A DNA stretch of 64,000 nucleotides from Candidatus Aminicenantes bacterium. GTDB lineage: Bacteria > Acidobacteriota > Aminicenantia > Aminicenantales > JAFGAV01. Made by a program: the position numbers and the translations under genes. Each line of letters starts with the position of its first letter. Within the stretch, counting starts at the first letter, position 1. The DNA is taken from NCBI GenBank assembly GCA_016933515.1, contig JAFGAV010000118.1, forward strand, positions 14,768 through 78,767, given 5' to 3'. Under the pieces are notes generated by a model. That model was not told the origin of the DNA and searched no databases. It worked only from the letters and a program-made list of their open reading frames with translations. Positions 1 through 8,300 of this stretch are shown in pieces.

Positions 1-2
1 AC

Positions 3-86
3 ACGATCTACCGAATCAATCCCGACATCATGGCCGACATCGCCCGGGTGGCTTTCCGGGCGGGGCTCAGGCTGGCCGACCTTTGA
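3..86 (+). CDS. 3' end of unidentified upstream gene (partial at window edge)
   Basis: Frame open from window start, ...TIYRINPDIMADIARVAFRAGLRLADL, TGA at 84-86; too short to name. Confidence 0.3.
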   Translation, partial: TIYRINPDIMADIARVAFRAGLRLADL

Positions 87-181
87 ATCGGATTCGGACA
101 TCAGGCGTCCGCGACGGGAAGGATGCAACCCGGGCCGGGGCCTATTTCGTTTAAGATGCGGAAAGCGGGAGAAAGAGCCTT

Positions 182-1615
182 TTGACTCGACGAGCGAAAA
201 GAGCCCGGGAGCTGCATTTCAAGAGGACTTCGCGCCGCCGCCGGCTGCCCCTGCTGGCGCGTCGCCTGATTGTCCTGCTGGGGGGATTGACGCTCGTCGT
301 GCTCCTGGGATGGGGCCTTAACCGGCTCATTTTCTCGAGGGACAAGGTTGAGTCTCAGTCCGCCTCTTCGCTGGCGCGCTTTCTGAAGCTCCCACCGCAG
401 CTGAAAGAGCAAAAAATCCCGATCACCCTGGGCCAGAACCTGGCCGGCATTCTTGCCGAGTGCGGATTCTCCCCGGTCGAGGTCGACCGCCTCCGCAGCG
501 ACGTCCGCCCCGTTTATAATCTCGACTCCGTCCGCGCCGGCCGCGCGCTGCGTCTTTACCGGGACGAGGACGGCCGATTGATCTTTCTTGAATACGACAT
601 CGACGACAAGAATTTTCTGCGGATCCGCTGCGACGGGCAAAACTATAAATCCGAGATCCTGGCCTACCCCGTCGAAACGCGAGTGATGCGCATCCAGGGC
701 GTCGTGGAGAACATCCTCATCAGCGCCTTCAACGCCGCGGGAGAGAGCGACCTGCTGGCCCTCGAGTTCGCCGAAATCTTCGCCTGGGATGTGGATTTCT
801 ATATCGACCTGCGCAAGGGCGACCGGTTCAACCTGGTGTACGAGAAGGTCTTCCGCGGAGGCGCGCCCTGGGGATACGGCCGCATTCTGGCGGCCGAGTT
901 CTGGAACCAGGGAAGGAAACTCCAGGCGTTCCGCTTCACCTATCCCGACACGGGACGGGCCGACTATTTCGACGCCGAGGGGAATTCCTTGCGCAAGGAG
1001 TTCATGAAAAGCCCGCTGAAGTACGGCCGCATAACCTCGCGCTTCTCCTCAAGCCGTCTCCACCCCATCCGGAAAATCTACCGCTCTCACTACGGCGTGG
1101 ATTACGCCGCGCCGGTGGGCACGCCGGTCCGGGCCACGGCCGACGGGCGGGTGATTTCCGCGGGCTGGAGCGGCGCGGCGGGCCGCATGGTCAAAATCCG
1201 GCACAGACAGGGCTATCAGACAAGATATCTCCACCTCAGCCGCTTCGCCGAAGGGATCAAGGCCGGGGCCGCGGTTGCGAGCGGCCAGGTCATCGGCTAC
1301 GTGGGCAACACGGGCGAGTCCACGGGCCCCCACCTCGACTACCGCATCACCCAGCACGGGAAGCCGATCAATCCCCTGGGCGCCCGGTTCGAGCCCGCCG
1401 AGCCGCTGCGGCCGGAATTCCGCGAGGCGTTCGACGCCCAATGCCAAGCCTTGCTGAGGCGGCTCTCCCCCCCGCCGCAGGCCGAGCTTCTGTGGCCGTT
1501 TTCATTCCTGGAAAAAGCCTTCTTCGAGGCTAGAACCGCGTCGACTCGTGCTTGGCCAGCAGCGCCTCAAAGCGGGGATCGCCCTTCAGGGGGCGCCAAC
1601 GGTAGTCCATTCTGA
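182..1615 (+). CDS. M23/LytM-family zinc metallopeptidase, membrane anchored
   Basis: 477-aa ORF; basic N-terminus plus hydrophobic anchor LIVLLGGLTLVVLLGWGL; HYGVDYAAPVGTPV ... GNTGESTGPHLDYRI = HxxxD and HxH motifs of peptidase M23. TTG start and long non-conserved C-tail uncertain. Confidence 0.85.
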   Translation: MTRRAKRARELHFKRTSRRRRLPLLARRLIVLLGGLTLVVLLGWGLNRLIFSRDKVESQSASSLARFLKLPPQLKEQKIPITLGQNLAGILAECGFSPVEVDRLRSDVRPVYNLDSVRAGRALRLYRDEDGRLIFLEYDIDDKNFLRIRCDGQNYKSEILAYPVETRVMRIQGVVENILISAFNAAGESDLLALEFAEIFAWDVDFYIDLRKGDRFNLVYEKVFRGGAPWGYGRILAAEFWNQGRKLQAFRFTYPDTGRADYFDAEGNSLRKEFMKSPLKYGRITSRFSSSRLHPIRKIYRSHYGVDYAAPVGTPVRATADGRVISAGWSGAAGRMVKIRHRQGYQTRYLHLSRFAEGIKAGAAVASGQVIGYVGNTGESTGPHLDYRITQHGKPINPLGARFEPAEPLRPEFREAFDAQCQALLRRLSPPPQAELLWPFSFLEKAFFEARTASTRAWPAAPQSGDRPSGGANGSPF

Positions 1616-4196
1616 TTATCGGGGGGCTGAACCAGCCCGGCCGGGAGAGGAGAAACTCGAGCTCGTCGACCGCCTTGCCGACGTCCCCGAGCATCGCATA
1701 GATATGCGCCAGGTCGATGACGGCCGACAGCCCATACACGGCATCCTTCGAAACCGGAAGAAGCTCGACTCCGCGCCGGCCGTAGCGCAGGGCCTCTTCC
1801 CTCCGGCCGAGGCCGGCGAGGGCGATGCCCAAAGAGCTGTGGAAGCGGCCGTCGTCGGGAACGTCTCGGACTTTGGGTTCGAGCTGGCGGAGGGCGGCTT
1901 CGAATCCCGCCTTGGCGCGAGTCGTCTCCCCGAACGATAGATTCAGAGTCGCGGCGAAGAGAGCTTTCGGGGCGGCCTGGATCTTGAGATCGAACCAGCC
2001 GTCCGCATCGGCCTCCATGCGCCTGACGGCTTCGGCGTCATGGCCTTCGAACGCCTCCTGCCAAAACCAGCTCCAGTCGGCCCATTCGTAGTCCGGGGAA
2101 ACGAATTGCAAAGCGGTCCGGGTGTCGGCCAGGGCGTCTCGGCCTTTCCAGCTCCAGAGGGTGAACGCCTTCGCCAGATACGGCCAAGGCTGGTCGGGGG
2201 AAAGGGCGATGGCCCGGTCGGCGGCCTTCAGGGCCTCGGGGTAACGATGCATAAACCAAAAGGTCTCGGCGACGTCGACCATCACCGATCCGTCTCGCGG
2301 GCTGAGCGAGCCGGCGACTTGATAGGCGTCGATCGACCGCTGCCAGTCACCGCGCAGGCGGTAGAGCTCGCCCAGAGCCTCCTGGACTTCGACGCTGTTG
2401 GGCATCAATCGGGATGCCTTTTCGAACTCGGGCAGGGCGCTGTCCGAATCCCGCTCCACCCAAAGATGATAATATCCGGCGGCGAGACGGACTTCAGCCT
2501 TGTCCGGAGCGAGTCCGCGGGCATGGCTCAAGGCATTCCGGGCCTGGTCGAACCTGCGGGGGGAAAGGTCATGGCGATAATAGATGAGGCGGGCGTGGGC
2601 TCTCGTCAGTTCCGCCCAGGCCAGGGCGAAGCCGGGATCGAGAGCGACCGCACGCTCAAAATCCTCGACCGCAGAAAGCCAGGTCGCCAGCGTGAAATGC
2701 GGCTGGCCGGCGAGAAATTTGCCGCGCAGGAACGCCTGATAGGCCTCCATATCGGCGGTCGGCCGTTCCTCGAGCGATCCGGACTCGTGCTCGAGGAGCG
2801 TGAGGCCGAGCGCGGACACGACCGACCGGGCGATTTCGGACTGGACGCCGAAAATGTCGCCCATGGTGAACTCATAGATCTCGGACCACAGACTGGTCTC
2901 ATCGGCGACGCGGACAAGCGCGGGCGTGATGCGGACCCGATCGGGGGTCCCCGCTCCGCGGGCCCAGCGCACCGTGCCGGTGAGGAGATATCCGGCTTCG
3001 AGCTCGTCGCCGATCTCTCGGACGCTCTTGGACGTTCCGGCGTACTGGGCGGCGCACGCCCGGGAAATGACCGCCAGACCGCGCAGCGAGGCCAGGCGTC
3101 CCGTGATTTCGTCCGTGACGCCGGCGGCGAAGTAGGCCTCGTTCTCGGCTCCCAGATTCTCGAACGGCAGAACCGCGATGCGGGCGCTTGCGGCGGGTTC
3201 GCCCGCGCCGCTCTCATCGGCGACGCCCCCCCGGCGCCCGAGGAACACGATTGCGGCCGCTGCGAGCAGCGCCGCGAGGACGACCCCTCCCGCAATCCAC
3301 AGGAGCCGTCGTCCGGCCGGTGCCTGCCGGCCGGCGCGGCCCCCCGGTTCGATCAATTCCCTGAGGCTGAAGGCCAGGTCGCACGCCGACTGGAAGCGCT
3401 CGGCGGGATTCTTTTCGAGGCAGCGACCGACGATGCGGTCGAGTTCGGAGGAGATTCCTGTGCCGGACAGAACCGTTTCCGGGACCGAGTCCTTCAGGAT
3501 GGCCGTCATGGTCTCGGCCGGGGTGTCCCGTTTGAAAGCTCTTCGGCCGGTCAGCATCTCATACAGAACACAGCCGAGGGAGAAGATGTCGGAACGGGCG
3601 TCGGCGGGCCGGCCGCGGACCTGCTCCGGAGCCATGTACCCGACCGTGCCGAGCACGGAGCCAGGCGTTGTCGCGGGCGTTTCGTAGGAAAGGGTCGCCC
3701 CGCCGGCCGATCGGGACGGATCGACCACGGCCAATCCGAAGTCGAGGATCTTCACTCGTCCGTCGCCGGTGAGGAATATATTCTCCGGCTTGAGGTCGCG
3801 GTGGATGATGCCGGCTCCGTGGGCGGCCGCCAGTCCCTCGGCGACGGCCGCCGCGATCTCAGCGGCCCGCCGCCAGGGCAGACGCTCGCGCTCGAGCCGC
3901 TCCCGCAGGGTCTCGCCCTCCAGGAGCTCGGTGACGGCATAAGCCGTCTCGCCCTCTTTGCCGAAATCGAAGATCGAAAGGACGGCCGGGTGGGATAGGC
4001 GGGCCAGAGCCCGCGCTTCGCGCTCGAGGCGCGCCAGACGTTCGGGGTCACCGGCCACGGCCGCGGGCAAAACCTTGACCGCCACGTCCCTCTGCAGCCG
4101 CGCGTCCCGCGCCCGGTAAACCTCGCCCATCCCCCCCGCTCCCAAGCGAGCGACGATCTCATAAGGGCCGAGCCGCGATCCGAGAGCAACGCTCAT
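1530..4196 (-). CDS. Ser/Thr protein kinase with transmembrane segment and periplasmic TolB-N-like plus TPR sensor region
   Basis: 888 aa; Hanks motifs GAGGMGEVYRA, VAVK, HRDLKPENIF, DFGLA, GTVGYMAPE; TM LLWIAGGVVLAALLAAAAIVFL; IAVLPFENLG module; repeated TPR-like helices to C-terminus. Confidence 0.9.
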   Translation of the reverse strand: MSVALGSRLGPYEIVARLGAGGMGEVYRARDARLQRDVAVKVLPAAVAGDPERLARLEREARALARLSHPAVLSIFDFGKEGETAYAVTELLEGETLRERLERERLPWRRAAEIAAAVAEGLAAAHGAGIIHRDLKPENIFLTGDGRVKILDFGLAVVDPSRSAGGATLSYETPATTPGSVLGTVGYMAPEQVRGRPADARSDIFSLGCVLYEMLTGRRAFKRDTPAETMTAILKDSVPETVLSGTGISSELDRIVGRCLEKNPAERFQSACDLAFSLRELIEPGGRAGRQAPAGRRLLWIAGGVVLAALLAAAAIVFLGRRGGVADESGAGEPAASARIAVLPFENLGAENEAYFAAGVTDEITGRLASLRGLAVISRACAAQYAGTSKSVREIGDELEAGYLLTGTVRWARGAGTPDRVRITPALVRVADETSLWSEIYEFTMGDIFGVQSEIARSVVSALGLTLLEHESGSLEERPTADMEAYQAFLRGKFLAGQPHFTLATWLSAVEDFERAVALDPGFALAWAELTRAHARLIYYRHDLSPRRFDQARNALSHARGLAPDKAEVRLAAGYYHLWVERDSDSALPEFEKASRLMPNSVEVQEALGELYRLRGDWQRSIDAYQVAGSLSPRDGSVMVDVAETFWFMHRYPEALKAADRAIALSPDQPWPYLAKAFTLWSWKGRDALADTRTALQFVSPDYEWADWSWFWQEAFEGHDAEAVRRMEADADGWFDLKIQAAPKALFAATLNLSFGETTRAKAGFEAALRQLEPKVRDVPDDGRFHSSLGIALAGLGRREEALRYGRRGVELLPVSKDAVYGLSAVIDLAHIYAMLGDVGKAVDELEFLLSRPGWFSPPIIRMDYRWRPLKGDPRFEALLAKHESTRF

Positions 4197-4271
4197 TGTC
4201 CCGCCTTTTTATCAATGATGATAGCCCTTCATCCGCCGGGGTGTCAAGAAACCCGCGTAAATCTAAATTGA

Positions 4272-4300
4272 TTGACTTTCCTTCCCTCCGAATTTAGAAT
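4272..4300 (+). promoter_or_regulatory. sigma70-type promoter candidate for fbp (TTGACT-N17-TAGAAT)
   Basis: TTGACT 4272-4277, 17-nt spacer, TAGAAT 4295-4300, in AT-rich island; SD AAGGAGGG before ATG 4336; flanked by inverted repeat CTAAATT (4263-4269) / AATTTAG (4291-4297). Confidence 0.5.
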
Positions 4301-4335
4301 GTTTTTTTTCCAAGAATTCATTCAAGGAGGGATTC

Positions 4336-5436
4336 ATGAAGGTCACACTCAGCGTTTTGAAGGCCGACGTGGGAAGCATCGGCGGCCATATCAAGCCCAG
4401 CCGGGCGCTTTTAGACGAGGTCAAGCGCTTCGTCAAGGAGGCGGGCAAGAACCTGCTCATAGATTTCTATATCGGCAGCACGGGGGACGACGTGGCCATC
4501 CTGGCCACCCACGAGCGCGGCGTGAACGACGAGAAAGTCCACAAAATGGCCTGGGACGCCTTCCTGGCCGGCACGGCCGTGGCCAAGAAACAGGGACTCT
4601 ACGGCGCCGGGCAGGACCTGCTCAAGGATTCCTTCAGCGGCAACATCAAGGGCATGGGCCCGGCCGTGGCGGAGATGGAGTTCGAGGAGCGGCCGAACGA
4701 GCCCTTCGTCTTCTTCGCCGCGGACAAGACCGACCCCGGAGCCTACAACCTGCCCTTTTACCTGGCCTTCGCCGACGCGATGTTCTGCTCGGGCCTGATC
4801 CTCAGCCCCAAGATGGGCAAGGGCTTCACCTTCCGCATCATCGACGTCGCCCACACCGAGAAAGACCGCATCATCGACCTCAACACGCCCGAGGAGATCT
4901 ACGACATCGCCACCCTGCTCCGGGACAATGAGCGCTACGTCATCGAAAGCATTTTCTCCCGCAGCACGGGCGGGCAGGCGGCTTCCGTATCCACGACCCG
5001 CCTGCACAACATCGCCGGCAAATACACGGGCAAGGACGACCCCGTGGCTCTCGTCCGGGTCCAGGGCGAATTCCCGGCCACGGGCGAGGTCCTGGCCCCC
5101 TTTGAAGTGGGGCCTTACGTCGCGGGGTTCATGCGGGGCAGCCATAACGGGCCGCTCATGCCCTGTCCCCTCAACGCGACCATCTCCTACTTCGACGGGC
5201 CGCCGGTCGTCACCGGCGCCGCCTTTTGCGTCCACGAGGGCAAGCTGACCGAGCCGGCCGACGTTTTCGATCATCCGTTCTGGGAATACGTCCGGGCCAA
5301 GATTTCGGAGAAAGCCGCGGCCATCCGTCGCCAGGGATTCTCCGGGCCGGCCATGCTGCCCTACAGCGAACTCGAATACGGCGGCGTCGTGGAGAAGCTC
5401 GCGGCCCTCGATAAAAAATTCAAGCTTCGCGACTGA
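4336..5436 (+). CDS. fbp: bifunctional fructose-1,6-bisphosphate aldolase/phosphatase (class V FBPase)
   Basis: 366 aa; N-terminus MKVTLSVLKADVGSIGGH and overall length and sequence pattern typical of the archaeal-type FBP aldolase/phosphatase family. Confidence 0.9.
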   Translation: MKVTLSVLKADVGSIGGHIKPSRALLDEVKRFVKEAGKNLLIDFYIGSTGDDVAILATHERGVNDEKVHKMAWDAFLAGTAVAKKQGLYGAGQDLLKDSFSGNIKGMGPAVAEMEFEERPNEPFVFFAADKTDPGAYNLPFYLAFADAMFCSGLILSPKMGKGFTFRIIDVAHTEKDRIIDLNTPEEIYDIATLLRDNERYVIESIFSRSTGGQAASVSTTRLHNIAGKYTGKDDPVALVRVQGEFPATGEVLAPFEVGPYVAGFMRGSHNGPLMPCPLNATISYFDGPPVVTGAAFCVHEGKLTEPADVFDHPFWEYVRAKISEKAAAIRRQGFSGPAMLPYSELEYGGVVEKLAALDKKFKLRD

Positions 5437-5621
5437 GACCGTTTTCAAAACGGCCCCTGAGGCCCGCACTCAAAGAAGAACGCCGCCGGGTTCTCAATCG
5501 ACCCTGTTGTCAGCAGCCGGGACGGCCGCGGACGGAAGAGCCCTCCGTCGCGGAACGTAGACGAGCGCCCGGAACGACGCAAATCGCTGTGCCGTATCCC
5601 GGAAAACAATGACGTGTTAGA

Positions 5622-6128
5622 ATGTCATCGAGCGCAGGACGCATGACCGAATACCATAATCCGATCCCGACGGTGGATATCATCATCGAGACGAAACGGC
5701 CGGACGGAAAAACGGGGATTGTCCTCATCGAGAGGAAAAATCCCCCGCCCGGATGGGCCCTGCCGGGCGGATTCGTGGATTACGGAGAATCTCTCGAGGA
5801 CGCCGCCCGGCGCGAAGCGCGGGAGGAAACCTCTCTCGGTGTGACCCTCGTCCGCCAATTCCACACGTACTCCCGGCCGGACCGAGATCCCCGGCAGCAC
5901 ACGATTTCCACGGTCTTTGTCGCCACCGCCCGGGGCGTTCCCGAGGCGCGGGATGACGCCCGAAAAATCGGCGTTTTCACCCGGGAAGAAATCGTTTTTC
6001 CTCTGGCCTTCGACCACCGCCGCATTCTGGATGATTATTTCCGGTTCCGAGACGACCCGAACACCGTAATCCCCGAAGAATCGAAAAAAAACGCGCCGAA
6101 CAAGGAGAAGGCCCATGACCGACCATAG
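5622..6128 (+). CDS. NUDIX hydrolase
   Basis: Nudix box [24 protein letters not shown] (GX5EX7REUXEEXGU); alternative start at ATG 5643. Confidence 0.85.
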   Translation: MSSSAGRMTEYHNPIPTVDIIIETKRPDGKTGIVLIERKNPPPGWALPGGFVDYGESLEDAARREAREETSLGVTLVRQFHTYSRPDRDPRQHTISTVFVATARGVPEARDDARKIGVFTREEIVFPLAFDHRRILDDYFRFRDDPNTVIPEESKKNAPNKEKAHDRP

Positions 6129-6369
6129 GCAAGATTCAAGCCTGGATCTCGTGGAAGTTCATAGAGTCTGGGGGCCGGCGGAAATGGAAGTCATTAAAAC
6201 CCTTTTGAACAACTATGAAATCCCGTGCATGACGCGCGGCCAGGTCCCTCAATCCATCCTGCCGCTGACCACCGACGGAATGGGGGAAATCAAAATTCTC
6301 GTCCAGAAAAAAGACGCCGAACTGGCCAAGAAACTCATCGAAGAGGCCCTAAAAAAAAACCGGAGTTGA
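6115..6369 (+). CDS. small DUF2007-like (putative signal-transducing, PII-like fold) protein
   Basis: 84 aa; 14-nt overlap with NUDIX gene; pattern [27 protein letters not shown]...[19 protein letters not shown] resembles DUF2007. Confidence 0.55.
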   Translation: MTDHRQDSSLDLVEVHRVWGPAEMEVIKTLLNNYEIPCMTRGQVPQSILPLTTDGMGEIKILVQKKDAELAKKLIEEALKKNRS

Positions 6370-6553
6370 TGGAGCTCGGCGGCACTTTCCGCATTCATCC
6401 TTCGACCTGAAAATTCCAATTTTCCTTCTCCTTGGTTCCGTAAAGGACAAAAATCTTCGGGTCGGCCGTTTTTCTACATATTGAGTCCCGGGAAACAGGG
6501 CACAATATATGGATTTGCAGCCAGAAAAAAAATAAAAAAAAGCTATTTTTTCC

Positions 6554-6582
6554 TTGACAATCGGGATTTCGTCCCATAATAT
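6554..6582 (+). promoter_or_regulatory. sigma70-type promoter candidate for the dcw cluster (TTGACA-N17-TAATAT)
   Basis: TTGACA 6554-6559, 17-nt spacer, TAATAT 6577-6582, preceded by A/T-rich tract 6517-6550. Confidence 0.55.
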
Positions 6583-6593
6583 TTAGTTGGATA

Positions 6594-6618
6594 CGGGACG
6601 AAACGGGAAGAAATGGGG
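6594..6618 (+). promoter_or_regulatory. candidate MraZ operator: three 10-bp-phased direct repeats CGGGA/CGGGA/TGGGG
   Basis: CGGGA 6594-6598, CGGGA 6604-6608, TGGGG 6614-6618 (last overlaps mraZ ATG 6613); extra CGGGA 6562-6566 in promoter spacer. Confidence 0.45.
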
Positions 6619-7080
6619 AATTTCTTACTAGGCAGCTACTCCGCCCGCCTCGACAAAAGCGGCCGTCTGAAAATTCCCGAAAAATTCCGCGCCGCAATCG
6701 AGGAGCGCTATGGAAAGGACCTTTTCGTCACCTCCCTGTCCGATGACGCCGTTCACATCTATCCCCTGCCCGTCTGGATCACTTTGACCGGCATCACCCA
6801 GGAAGGAGTCAACCAGTTCAACCAATCCGTCCAGAGCTTTCAGGTGCGCGTCAGCCACATGGGCAGCGTCAACCAGATCGACCTCAAAGGCCGCGTCCTC
6901 ATCAGCCCTCAACTCCGGCAGAAAATCCAGCTCGACGGCGAAGTGGAAGTCCTGGGCATCAACAACCACCTCCAGGTCTGGAACAAGGAGCGCCTGGTCA
7001 AGACGATCGAGTCCAAACCGCTCACAACCGAGGATTGGGAAGCCATCGCCCGTCTTTCGCCCCGGGGACGAAATGAATGA
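6613..7080 (+). CDS. mraZ: transcriptional regulator MraZ
   Basis: 155 aa; two SpoVT/AbrB-like halves (LDKSGRLKIPEKFR and DLKGRVLISPQLR); first gene of dcw cluster. Confidence 0.9.
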   Translation: MGNFLLGSYSARLDKSGRLKIPEKFRAAIEERYGKDLFVTSLSDDAVHIYPLPVWITLTGITQEGVNQFNQSVQSFQVRVSHMGSVNQIDLKGRVLISPQLRQKIQLDGEVEVLGINNHLQVWNKERLVKTIESKPLTTEDWEAIARLSPRGRNE

Positions 7081-7970
7081 ACACTCCAACCCACGTCCCC
7101 GTCCTCGTCCAGGAAGTTCTGCGCGGTCTTGACGCCGGCGTTCCGGGCGTTTACATCGACGGAACGCTCGGGACGGGAGGCCACGCCGCGGCTCTCCTGG
7201 AGGCCCATCCCCGTTCGTCCCTCATCGGCCTCGAAGTGGATGAGTTGTCCCTGGAGCGCGCCCTAACGCGCCTGGCCGCCTTCGAAGGACGCGTGTCCCT
7301 TTACCAGTCCGACTACCGAAACCTTCCCGACCTGGACATCCCCTGGCCGGACGTCCGGGGCGTCGTGCTGGACCTGGGGCTGTCCTCCTTCCAACTCGAC
7401 GCGCCGGAGCGGGGATTCAGCTTCAACTCCGAGGGGCCGCTGGACATGAGGTTCGACCTCAGGAACAAGACCACGGCGCACAAGATCCTCCACAAGCATT
7501 CCGAAGCCCGGCTGGCCCAGATCTTCCGCGAATTCGGGGAACTGCGCCAGGCACGGCTCCTCGCCCGCCGCGTCATCTCCGCGCGCAAGGGAGACGGTCT
7601 CCAAACCACGACCCAGCTCCGCCGTCTGGTCGAAGAAGTCTGCCGTTGGCGCCCCCAAAAAGGCAAGGTCCACCCCGCGGCCAAGGTGTTTCAAGCGCTG
7701 CGCATCGAGGTCAACAACGAGCTCGACGGATTGGACGGCTTCCTGGAGCGCGTCCTGCGGCTTCTTGCGCCCAGGGCCCGGATGGCGGTCATCACCTTTC
7801 ATTCCCTCGAAGACCGCATTGTCAAGAGAACATTCCTCCGTCTGGCCGGCGGCGAAGAGAAATCGCTCGTCCGCATCCTGACCAAAAAGCCGGTCACACC
7901 GTCCGCGGACGAGCGGGCCGCCAATTCCCGCTCCCATTCGGCGAAACTCAGAATCGCGGAGAAAATCTGA
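7077..7970 (+). CDS. rsmH: 16S rRNA (cytosine1402-N4)-methyltransferase RsmH
   Basis: HVPVLVQEVL, DGTLGTGGHA, LDLGLSSFQLD motifs; ATGA overlap with mraZ. Confidence 0.95.
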   Translation: MNTPTHVPVLVQEVLRGLDAGVPGVYIDGTLGTGGHAAALLEAHPRSSLIGLEVDELSLERALTRLAAFEGRVSLYQSDYRNLPDLDIPWPDVRGVVLDLGLSSFQLDAPERGFSFNSEGPLDMRFDLRNKTTAHKILHKHSEARLAQIFREFGELRQARLLARRVISARKGDGLQTTTQLRRLVEEVCRWRPQKGKVHPAAKVFQALRIEVNNELDGLDGFLERVLRLLAPRARMAVITFHSLEDRIVKRTFLRLAGGEEKSLVRILTKKPVTPSADERAANSRSHSAKLRIAEKI

Positions 7971-8300
7971 ATGGTCCGTCGAAAACGAGACCGCGCGGCG
8001 CTCTTCCTGACCGTCCTGGCCGTGACCCTGGCCGCCGCCGCCCTAACCTTTTACCTCTGGCATCTGAACGAGATGACCGGCATCGGCTATTCGATCGCCC
8101 GCATCGAAGAGGAAATCAGCCGGATGAAAGAAGAGGTCCGGGGGCTCGAGACGCGAAAGGCGGAGCTGCTTTCCTTGGAGCGCGTGGAGAGGATCGCCCG
8201 GGAACAGCTGGGGCTGACCGACGCCCGTCCCGGTCAGGTCCGGTTCCGGAGCCCGGCCGCCGCGGATTCCCGCATTCTGCCGACGGGAGCGTCCCGATGA
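7971..8300 (+). CDS. ftsL: cell division protein FtsL-like
   Basis: 109 aa bitopic protein, TM ALFLTVLAVTLAAAALTFYLW then coiled coil; position between rsmH and ftsI. Confidence 0.7.
   Translation: MVRRKRDRAALFLTVLAVTLAAAALTFYLWHLNEMTGIGYSIARIEEEISRMKEEVRGLETRKAELLSLERVERIAREQLGLTDARPGQVRFRSPAAADSRILPTGASR

Noticed and set aside
5437-5460. Possible terminator hairpin CCGTTTTCAAAACGG after fbp
   Set aside because: The stem is effectively 5 bp with no following T-tract, which is too weak to call.
7646-8296. In-frame upstream extension giving an 800-aa FtsI
   Set aside because: The extension overlaps rsmH and ftsL and is Arg/Pro-rich. A clean ATGA-coupled start at 8297 gives the normal cytoplasmic tail plus TM anchor.
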